A stretch of 64,000 nt of DNA, taken from NCBI RefSeq assembly GCF_964355755.1, contig NC_092679.1, forward strand, positions 1,828,201-1,892,200, given 5' to 3'. The DNA is from Antedon mediterranea (lineage: Eukaryota > Animalia > Echinodermata). The position numbers and the translations under genes were made by a program. Shown piece after piece: positions 42,501 through 54,500 of this stretch. The notes beneath the pieces were generated by a model. That model did not search any database. It saw only the letters and a list, made by a program, of their open reading frames with translations, and was not told the origin of the DNA. The stretch's first letter is position 1. Each line of letters begins with the position of its first letter.

Positions 42501-45500
42501 ATACAATTTTTAATGTAATTGTGTGTTGTAGGCATGTGATTATTACATTTTTATTGGGTATTATAAAATCCCCACTGGCCTAAACACTTGACCTAAATAT
42601 GAATGAAGGGTCAATGTTATGCCTGTTCAGGGCTCATTTTTATTGGCCATTATGAACCTCCCTCTGGCTTAAACACTTGACCTAAATATGAACGAGGGGT
42701 CAAAGCTTAAATCAAGGGTATTAGAGCATGTGATCAATTTATTTAAATGTTTAAAAAATTCAGATCAAATATTACAAATTCTTTGACGCATTTTTTTTTA
42801 TTACTAGCTTTATTCTAAAATGATAGAATAAAAAGTTTTTTAAAAAGTGCTTTTATATGATATAATTTATAATGATTGTAATGTAATATATATTTTTGAA
42901 TAAATAAATATTTTGATGAATATTTTGTTATTATATTTAAAGTGTATTATTAATAAACTTAAATGGAAATATTTGAATGAAGATCATGTGTATTTGTTTT
43001 TTCTTTAAACAGTGTCGTGCATTGCATCAACGATTAAGCCTGGCTGAGAAATCTAAGCAAAAAACACAGGCTGAACTTCAGAAGGCAAATCAGATGATTT
43101 TGCAATTACAGGTATGATCACCAACTCTCATAATCAATTCCACCCCTAAATTACGCTAATTACAAATACTATTGTGATTCAAATCAGATTATAATCCTAT
43201 TTACCTTATTTGTTATCAAACTTTGTACTTGCCCCCCCCCCCCCCATTTTTATACTCGCTCATATTCAATATTTGCAAACCCAGCTATTCAGTATTCATA
43301 CTTGAGATAATGATATATAGCCCCATACCAGTAATACAAAAGCCTTGTCTACACTATCAATCTTTATGTGACAAAAAAATGTGATGTGCATATTCAGATA
43401 ATATTTATTTAGATAATAATGAATGAATATATACAAAATAGAAAAAAGATATTAAAGTGAACATAGATAAAGCAGTAATTGGTAGTCATTATTATCATGG
43501 ATCCCTTCATGATGATGTCATATCACTACCATATTTGGGCATATCACTTTTTTTCAAACTCAAGTTTAATAGTGTAGACAGAGCTTTAAATTAGGTATAG
43601 CCCTACCTATATCTCCACCCTAGGTAATAATTTACTGCATCTTTGGTATAGGTTGACATATCCCTATACTACAAAACCCATCCCGAGAGGCCTGCATTAA
43701 ATAGAATACCCAAGTTCCACTATTGTAATTTCACAATTAAATTTTCAAGTCACCTACATATTGATCCTGAGGTATTTACAAATATTTAAAATGCATGAAT
43801 TTCAGGTAATTGTTTTATTATTCATTTATTTTCTCGCCCTCTTCGTTCTAGATTCAAAAACCAAAGAATTAATTAGGTTATCATTAGCATATATTGGAAT
43901 TTTTGACCTAGATTTTTTTTTCATAGTTAGTATTTCTAGGATGGTACATTCCAAATGATCATCATTTATACCCTTATGAATAATGGAATTGTCTACTTGA
44001 AGTAAATTATGGACTAGTTCATTTCTTCTTTTAATCCAATACATTAAAGTACAAACATTCAGTAAAATTGCACAAAAGACATGTAGGCATTTCATTTCCT
44101 GTGTAGTCGTTTACTTTTACCATTTGTATGCAAAATTTAAACCTTAATAAGATAATGACATAGAACCAAAATGACAGTTCTATTTTTGTTATAACCCCAT
44201 TGCATAAATAGAATGATCCAAATCAAAGAAATAACATGTATGATTATGTTTTACTAATTTAATTTAGAAAGTTTATTAATAGGAATTAGTTTATAAATAC
44301 ATTTTAATGCGAAACATTCAATTTCGAAACATTCAATTTCTTGATACATAGTTTGTTTTGTTATTAAATTTAAATTAATTTAAAATGAAGTTTATATTTA
44401 GAAAAACAAGCAATTAATTTAATTCAATAAAATTTCATGTCAAAATTAATTTATTTTTTAAAAGTAAACAGACATTTTTAACTAAATATAATTAATACAT
44501 TTTATAATAACTATGATTTAATATCTATTTAACCTGTTATTTGTTCAAGATTACTGTCAGTCTTTCTCTATTTTGATCTTGTGTCAACAAAACAAGAAAT
44601 CAATAATTAAATATTAGTGAATTTCTTAGAAATTAAGCAAAATAAGTTAAGTACTGTCTAGCCACGCCAATATAGTATAAAACCTATAAGACCTATGCAA
44701 CAAAGCCCCTAAGAGGTTTTATGTAACAACACAACAGTAACACTCTATAGATACCGTATACTAAGTCACTAAGCAGAGTAACACATACGTTACAGAGCCG
44801 TAGAATAAGCATGTTTTCCACAGTCTCTCCATTGTTGTATGAAGCTCCGCAGACATGACATGGCACAAGACAGTTCTATTGATTTTGATTTAGAAATTTA
44901 CCATAAGAAATGGTTGATTTAAACATACATGTCATATCATTTGATGGTAAATATTGATAAGTTCGCTTGAGACATATTTAATAATGGTTGCATTGCTTAA
45001 TTCAATGAATTTAATTACATTTTTTTTAGGCAACCCAGAATGTGTTTTTAAAATCATTAACACCAGTAAACTAATAAATTCCCTAGTGTGTTTGCTGTCC
45101 GTGTCCCCACACAGCTTCAACTTTGACTTCCTTTAGACCAAACAATTCCCTGGTGTGTTAGCAGTCCGTGTCCTCGCACAGCTTCAACTTAGACTTCCTT
45201 TAGACCAAACAATTCCCTGGTGTGTTAGCAGTCCGTGTCCCCACACAGCTTCAACTTAGACTTCCTTTAGACCAAACAATTCCCTGGTGTGTTTGCTGTC
45301 CGTGTCCTCACACAGCTTCAACTTAGACTTCCTTTAGACCAAACAATTCCCTGTGTGTTTGTTGTCTATCCCCACACAGTTTAAACCTAGACTTCCAAAC
45401 AATTCTCCAGGCAATACTTAACCTTGTTTAAATCCACATTTAACTTGTAATCTGTTTAAATATCTTGTTTACATTGCCGTAATGTCACAATTAATTTCTT

Positions 45501-48500
45501 GCTTTATTTAGGATAAAGTCATATAAAGAACAGCTTGTTATTTATATATAAGACAGTTTTTATTCATTATTTGCCATTGGTATTGGTAGTTTATTGGTAT
45601 TGGTAGTTTTGTTTATATTTTAGTGGTGCTATACATTTTTTTATTGCACTAACTCATTTTTAAATTATAATATAATAAGATTTTTTTTAATAATTCAAAT
45701 TTTCTTTAAAAAAAATGTGTAGTCCCACAGATCCTGGGTCCTAAAATTAGGGGGTGGGATTGTACTCGGATTGTACTCGGATTGTACTAACAATGTCTTG
45801 TGCCAATATTAGGGGGTGGGATTGTACTCGGATTGTACTAACAATGTCTTGTGCCAATATTAGGGGGTGAGATTGTACTCGGATTGTACTAACAATGTCT
45901 TGTGCCAATATTAGGGGGTGGGATTGTACTCGGATTGTACTAACAATGTCTTGTGCCAATATTAGGGGGTGAGATTGTACTCGGATTGTACTAACAATGT
46001 CTTGTGCCAATATTAGGGGGTGGGATTGTACTTGGATTGTACTAACAATGTCTTGTGCCAATATTAGGGGGTGGGATTGTACTTGGATTGTACTAACAAT
46101 GTCTTGTGCCAATATTAGGGGGTGGGATTGTACTTGGATTGTACTAACAATGTCTTGTGCCAATATTAGGGGGTGGGATTGTACTCGGATTGTACTAACA
46201 ATGTCTTGTGCCAATATTAGGGGGTGGGATTGTACTTGGATTGTACTAACAATGTCTTGTGCCAATATTAGGGGGTGGGATTGTACTCGGATTGTACTAA
46301 CAATGTCTTGTGCCAATATTAGGGGGTGGGATTGTACTTGGATTGTACTAACAATGTCTTGTGCCAATATTAGGGGGTGGGATTGTACTCGGATTGTACT
46401 AACAATGTCTTGTGCCAATATTAGGGGGTGGGATTGTACTCGGATTGTACTAACAATGTCTTGTGCCAATATTAGGGGGTGGGATTGTACTTGGATTGTA
46501 CTAACAATGTCTTGTGCCAATATTAGGGGGTGGGATTGTACTCGGATTGTACTAACAATGTCTTGTGCCAATATTAGGGGGTGGGATTGTACTTGGATTG
46601 TACTAACAATGTCTTGTGCCAATATTAGGGGGTGGGATTGTACTCGGATTGTACTAACAATGTCTTGTGCCAATATTAGGGGGTGGGATTGTACTCGGAT
46701 TGTACTAACAATGTCTTGTGCCAATATTAGGGGGTGGGATTGTACTAACAATGTCTTGTGCCAATATTAGGGGGTGGGATTGTACTTGGATTGTACTAAC
46801 AATGTCTTGTGCCAATATTAGGGGGTGGGATTGTACTCGGATTGTACTAACAATGTCTTGTGCCAATATTAGGGGGTGGGATTGTACTCGGATTGTACTA
46901 ACAATGTCTTGTGCCAATATTAGGGGGTGGGATTGTACTCGGATTGTACTAACAATGTCTTGTGCCAATATTAGGGGGTGGGATTGTACTCGGATTGTAC
47001 TAACAATGTCTTGTGCCAATATTAGGGGGTGGGATTGTACTAACAATGTCTTGTGCCAATATTTGGTCTAAATTAGGGAGTAGGATTATACTCATTTGAT
47101 TATATTTGGTCACATGATTTATAAAAAATGAATTCTTTAAAATATCTGCCAACAGTGGCAAGCATGAGAGAAATCTATTGGAATTAGAACAGTATCATTT
47201 ACAAGTTAAAATTAGAAAGTTATTTTTACACTGTATACACTGACTCAGTGGTCCAGCTGCACATAGCTCTGATTTCGGTATTTTTAAGCCGGGCAGACGT
47301 TAGGAAATGAAATAGACAGCTTGATACAGTAGTAATGAAGACAGGTGGCCTGTATGAGGCTAATATAGAAACAATTAAAACAATTAAATGTGTTAGTTAA
47401 AGAGCTGTAAAGGCATCAATGTAACAATCGCTTTAACATGCTTAAAAATCAATCACATTACCACAGGAACCCATATAAAGAGAATACCTTTAGCTCACAA
47501 CAAGTGTCCCCTAATAGATGTCCCCCAAATAGGTGTCCAACATCCCATTAATAGGGGCGTTCTGAAGCAGATGTACTACTGTATTTTGCATACAATTTAC
47601 TTAGATGAAAGGTTGTTTTAGCTGTATCAGTTCTGTACGCAAACAAACAGTATGATTTGAATCATTGATCAGTGGAAATAGGTCGTTACTCTACAGTAGA
47701 AACAGGTCTTTAGTCTACAGTGGAAACATGTCTTTAGTCTACAGTGGAAACATGTCTTTAGTCTACAGTGGAAACATGTCTTTAGTCTACAGTGGAAACA
47801 TGTCTTTAGTCTACAGTGGAAACATGTCTTTAGTCTACAGTGGAAACATGTCTTTAGTCTACAGTGGAAACAGGTCTTTTAGTCTACAGTGGAAACAGGT
47901 CTTTAATGTCATGAAATCATGAGTCGTATATTGTTCACTAATTGCATTAATATGCTCAGGGAATTGAGGTATTTTATCAAATTAAATTGTGATACTTGCC
48001 AGATTCGAACCGAGGACCCTAGGGTTTAACAAGAAATGTATTTATGAATAACAGAAACCACTTTTACAGCTTTACACCTGGAAATGCATGCTTCTAAATA
48101 AGAGTACACTCCTCACTCTTTGTGAGATTTAAACCCAGGACTTTGAATCAATCAATTTAGATCTGCAAGACCTTTAAATAATGACATTTTAGCTTACTCT
48201 TTTTATCGAAATTCGTCTATTGAAACTAGATTGTTATTAATTTTGAACAATTTTATTTTTTGTTTACTCTTTAAAGTCTGTAAGTCATATCTCGTGAGAA
48301 TAAATAATTGTTGCAGATTTCAAAGTTGAAGGAAAACAGAAAGCAATCAAAAGTAATTAATATCAGAGATTGTCTTGATCACGCTGATTTGGCAATGAGT
48401 GGCTGTGTCATTTTGACATGCTATGCTGTGTGTATTCCCAATTGCCAAGACCTAAATTCCTAGATACGGAGAAATTCGCTTTCAGACGTGCATTGTGCAG

Positions 48501-51500
48501 GATGTTGTGATACATACGCAAATTATACTTCCGGATAGTGGATGATGCAGGGGCTTCAATTCCAGTCCTCGCTCGTTCCTCCCCTCCTCCCCCACCCCCA
48601 TCCTGCCCCATTTGATGCTTTTTGCCGATTATTGACCAACATTCTTGAATCAAATCCAGTACATTCAATTTACCTTTCTGCACAGTGTCTAGTAAAACTA
48701 CTACTGGGAAAATGTTTATAGTTAAAGATTAGCCCATGTTCCCATGCTACAAATCATTAGAGTCTAGACAACACTCTTTATTTCTGTACCAGCCTTAGGT
48801 AAACAGTAGGTCTTCGATCCGTAGGGTGTCGTCATTTGAAAATCATGAATCTGCTACTGATTATTACTTTTTTCTTGGCCAAATTTGAATCATAATTTGA
48901 AATAGACCACACCCGACGTTGGATAGGCCTAATAAGAACTCGCTGATGATTGGATTTTTTTCTGAACAAAGGTAAAAAGACATTTTTTTCAAATCCATAT
49001 TGAAAGTTCATGTACTTTGAGAATGTCACCATGTTATGAGTTCATGTTCTTAAACATTTTTGCCGCTAGCTGTGGGGCAACCTGGGATATTTTCTTTCTA
49101 CATCTCACATCGTGAGGCTATGAACCTTTTTGCATTTCATTAGTGTGCTAGCATTTTTAATTTGAGACGTTTTCCGCGGTTTTCTTTTTTGTCAGCCATG
49201 CAATCATCAACATTTTTTAATAAAATATTTTTTAAATAAATTGAAGATTCGCTTGAACGTGACCTGTGAAATGATGAATATAAATTTTTTTCTGGAGCTT
49301 TTGGGGTTTTTTTCCCAACCACTTGATTGAGTACACATAATGTTATATTCTGTGTTTGATGACAGCCGACTTGATGTCAATACAACTCTTCTTTCTTGAT
49401 AATGATAACTTCTTTATTTTCTTTGAACGATAGATCTTTCAAACAAAATAAAATTACTGATTTAAAAAAAGAAAATGGGAAATTCTAGAAGAAAATGCTT
49501 ATAAAAGAAAGAGCCCATTTAAATATCAATTTCAATAAATAGATGAAAATCAGTTGTTAAATAATAATTGCAAAAGGATTTCCAACAAAATACTAATACA
49601 TATGCAAATAAATTAAAAATTGTCATTAAATTTAATAGTTTTCGAAATATATACATTAAGTTCACTGGAGAATTTCTTCCATAATGAAATTCCTTCGATT
49701 TTAACATGGTTTTCCTTAAATTTGTGACATGACCTAACTTTTTCCTGGGTCGTCGCAAATTGTAAGCTCTATTTATTGTTTATTGCAAAGTTGAAGTTAA
49801 TATCTTTGAATCATTGTTATGAAGATGTTTGTAGTTGTACCGTATAAAGACGTCATGTTTAAGTGATTCATATGACTGCATCCACACAGCTATCAATTAT
49901 CTACATGTGTACTGTTCATTTTAATTTTGAAGTATTCTAGTCATGTTTGTAATGAGGTTATAGACAATAATTTAAAAAGAAATATGATGAAGATCTAAAT
50001 AGATTTACATCTTATAATAGTTATATTTACGATTTATAGTTCATTGTCCTTAAGAGATTTCACAGAGTTTAAAATACTATATAAATAAATGTAACACAAT
50101 AAAAACACAAACCACGCTATATTTAGATTTTAATTCACTCTTAAAGTTAAAGATAAACATACGGTCTCATAAAACTGGTTCAAAAAATAGATCAGGAATT
50201 GAATCAGCTTTTGTGGCCGCAATTGATGGAATAATATTAAGTTAAATGTAGTATCATTGTGGTTGTAGATAGGTATGAGGTGAGCTAAGAGGCAAGGGTG
50301 CTTACCTTAGTGAAATAAGGAGGCAAAGAGTATTTACTCGTAGAGTAGGGTTAATGCAGTCATGGGATTGTTTCCAGGGGTAGCGTTGGGAAGAGAAATG
50401 ATGTTCATGACACACCCGTCCATGTAGAGCTTTGATATTTAGAAATGTACAATTTAGAAATGCTAAATTTTGTTATTTTATTAATTACATAATTGGTTCA
50501 GATCTGGCCTCCATACAGGGGTTGCTACTTGATGTTTATTAGAATGTGGTGCATGAACATTCTTATAAATTCAAATTAGGATTATGATAATTTTTCAATT
50601 GATTGAGTAATACAGTGACTACTGTACAGTTCACACAGGGTAGTTAATGATTAAATTTTATGCATTTTCTCTATAGTGCATTATATCAATAACTCTATTC
50701 AATGCACTTTATGAAATAATATTCCAGGCAATGAACTTAAGGTCATGAACTTAATGTTCAATTTTTTTAGCCAATGCTTGTACTTTTATACCGGTAGTTC
50801 TAATGAGGAATATCGCTTAAGAAGCATACCAATCTGGCTGTGTGTCGACCTATCGACAAAGCCGTGGCGTTTGCCTTTGGTGTTTTCTGAGATTACCGAT
50901 CTATATATATACGCATTATTTGTTCTTTTTTTTCTGGCTCCTTAAACTCCGGAGGCTAAATGCTTTTAGTCGGAATCGAATTAAGATAATCATGAATGAT
51001 ATAGAGAGATTTTGTGCCAAGTTTGTTGTTACAAGGATCTAGGCATGAGTATATGTTTTTTTAAAAACACATTACGTTATGTGAACATTGAACGCACAGT
51101 AGACGTTGGCATTCATTCTCACAGCAGCTGGGTAACCAGACGAGTACCACTACTGAGTCTATATTAAACTAATAACATGAACTTTTGTTGTTCATCGTTA
51201 GTACATGCGGGATAACGAGAGTATGTCGCGACCAAATACCGCGAAATTGTGTCAGCGGTTCTTTAAAAATAGGCCAACTTTGTTGAAGAATAACAACAGA
51301 ATTGGAACATTAAAGAATGTGTTCATTATAGCATAACATATCAGTTGGATATGAAGCCTTAGGCAGTAACAATCAAGCCAACCCTTCCAATAATATACTC
51401 TGGATTATAAGTATAGCACTAACTTGGATTTAAGCCTAGCCCCGCTTCTTGACGCAATTGGGTCATCTCTCGGTGTGGAGCAAACATATTGTATAAAAAC

Positions 51501-54500
51501 CAGATCACTTTCCATTAAATAAAAGCTTGATTCCCACTCAATCACAAGCGAGCGTGTGTACATACATCATTGCGTTGCACCCTAGTGGGCACCAAACTTT
51601 AAGGTGTATTTATACCCAGAGTGGCACGGATGGACGCACTCTGTATAATTTTATTTTTAGTTAATAATGACAATAATAATAATAATAAGATTTATACAGC
51701 GCACATATCCACTAAAGTACTCAAGGCGCTTGTGAAAAACCATGAAACATATTAACCTTAAACCTAAATACAATTGATAAATTTGACAAAAACCGAAAAA
51801 ATAAAACAAGACTGTTTTCTGTGTAAAATTGCATTTTCAACGCTGATTCTTAATTGTAATTTTTAAAATGTTGATTTTACAATTAATATTTAGAAGGTTT
51901 AAGCATGAATTTTCTACTTGGTTAGAGCAGTCAGATATTGTTAATATTTCCAGTTTTGTATACATCATCCATTCGTTGCCCTACTTATTTCCACATCCCT
52001 TGGTTCCTAATTGTACACTGTGAACTTAGCAAGTGCATTGGTAAAAAGTATAATACCATAATGTTGAGAAGTTGTCTATATTGGCAGGTGATTTTAATTG
52101 TAGATTGTGAACAAGTGCATTTGTTTAAAGTATGATAGCATAATGTTGATAATGTGTGTTGTTATATATTGACAGATGATTTTAAAATAGTGCACCTCAT
52201 CAGTAATGACACTGAAATATAAGTACACTACTAACAACGTGTCATAGATTCCTAGCTTTAATTATTGTACTGTATTAGTACATTTTGTTTTCTTGTTTGT
52301 TGTTTGTTGTTGACTGACCTATATAATCAGTATTTTATTTCTCATTCCTGAGGATGATCAAAGCATATTGATCAACATTTGATTTGACCATTCACACCTT
52401 TATACGATATATCTTATTTCCACTTCAATTTATTCAAAATTATCTTCAAAGTAGGGAAATTCTATGAAAATTTGCATAAAATACATCAAATTACAGTCAC
52501 AATAAGTAACGCCCTTGTTGTTAAATCAATTATGAAATTAAAATAAAATATTACCGTTTTATCATTTTTGTAAAAAACTTATATTGGGCACATTCAGAAA
52601 AAAAAAGGACTTTACAGTACTGTGAAAATATAATTACTAATAAATTATGATAATTGAATAAAAGTATTTTTGTAATTTTGCATTTATTTTTAATAAATTC
52701 GAGAGAAAGAGATAAGTACAAAAGTTGAGAAAATAGTACAGTTTACCTATGCGGCCAGACGATGCATTGCTATTATTAAACAATTAATATTATTAAAATC
52801 AATAAACATGTATTTAACAATAGTGCAAATTTAGATTGATCGATCTTGTATTTATTAATATTTGCCTTTGTTTACTCCTACTGTCATTGTTTTTGTCATT
52901 AAATTAATCTTTTACAAGCCCAAAAACCAGGTCACATTCACATCAATGGAACGAACAAACTAATATCTAAAAAGGTAAAGACTTAAAACAATCTGCTTTA
53001 CTGATCCTTAGTTGTTACATAATCTACCCCTAATGTAGAAATGGATTAATCCGGTGTAACTTTTCTCCTGCTACACCTTGAGCGTATTGTTTGACTGCGA
53101 TGTTTTGAGGTGATTTATCATTGTTTATGAACTGACTTGTCTATTGGTGCTGCTTTCATGCATAGCGCACTGCGCACCATTAAGTATCAGCTTATTCAGG
53201 TCAAATTATATAGTCCATTAAGAAAAGCCTATAGAAACAGGTTGAGATAGGTAAAATAGGTTCATTTTGAGGTCACTTAGTTGAATGTGGGCTCAAGTGA
53301 GAGAAAACAAGTTCAGATATTGGTCAAAACGATGAACACAAGTTCAGTTCGAGTGCTTATTAGGTGACCAGGATTTACAAGCGTCTTTTGTTTCCAGTCG
53401 TATTAGCGATTGTTTGCGGTGAGGCGTGGGGTGTCTTAAGCACGTTTCAAGTGTCAAATTCTATTTAGCTTCATATGATTAAATGTTTAAGCATCGCCAA
53501 CAAAATCATATCAAATTAATTCTTGAGGAATTGTTTAAACATTTAATAATGCTCTATAGAAAAATGGAATAATGATTAAAAAAACATTAATTAAATTGTA
53601 CCCTTTGATGTATACATAATATACCAAAGGGTTTGGATAGGAATGGAGGAATCCATCCGTTTGGTGATTTAAGAGGATTCTTAATACGGAACAGAGAAAT
53701 GTTGTTTATTTCTGTTCTAAGTTCTAATAAATGAACAAAATGACATATTAAACTGGTTATGAAATCAGACTATATTGATCAAAAGCCCACAAGACTGAAT
53801 TACTCTGGTAATTAAATCCTATCTTTTTGTATGGCCATCATAAATTGTATATAGGTCATAAAAGATAAATAATAGTCTGAACGAATTATTCATGATGTTG
53901 TAATATTGAAATTATCGCGATCTTCAACTGTATCAAGAATTGATTTCGAAGCACATGTTACCGGGAGCGATATTTAGAGCGTCGGTGATAGGTTCTTGCC
54001 GTTATTTGTTGTTCCGGTGTAAATTGCTTTCCTTTGTAATTGCACACTATTGATAAGGATCAATTACATAATTACCATAGCTTATTTCTGGCCATTAATT
54101 TATTCACGCCATATCAATGTACAGTGTGACCAACTGTGTACTTTAAGTCTGATTATATTTTATATGTTTGTTTACTTTTCAAGCCTACCTGGTTATTTCA
54201 CAATAAAACAGTGACTACCATATGCTCTTTATTAATATTTCAAAATTATAGAGCTGTAAAAGGCAAATATAATAACTAATCACAAAACCATAATTTCTTC
54301 CATTTAAATATTAATAGCAATATTACAATCTTTACTTTTCAAGCCTACCTGGTTATTTCACAATAAAACAGTGACTACCATATGCTCTTTATTAATATTT
54401 CAAAATTATAGAGCTGTGAAAGGCAAATATAATAACTAATCACAAAACCATAATTTCTTCCATTTAAATATTAATAGCAATATTACAATCCTGATTGGCA

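Noticed and set aside
17347-43012. Nested protein-coding gene in the giant intron
   Set aside because: No chain of phase-compatible exons or recognisable protein on either strand. Very small exons or lncRNAs cannot be excluded by eye.
43795-43812. Other AG|GT sites as recursive splice points (43805; also ~28716, ~33674, ~55999)
   Set aside because: Weak pyrimidine tract or weak donor; expected by chance in AT-rich DNA.
45747-47071. Long repeat ORFs on both strands (334, 257, 113 and 117 aa)
   Set aside because: By-products of a 51-bp (3n) minisatellite. Frames break at subrepeat indels and there is no splice or start context.
48818-51362. Possible further DNA transposons (~48820-49760 and ~50737-51362)
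   Set aside because: Transposon-like texture, but I could not establish convincing TIR/TSD pairs.
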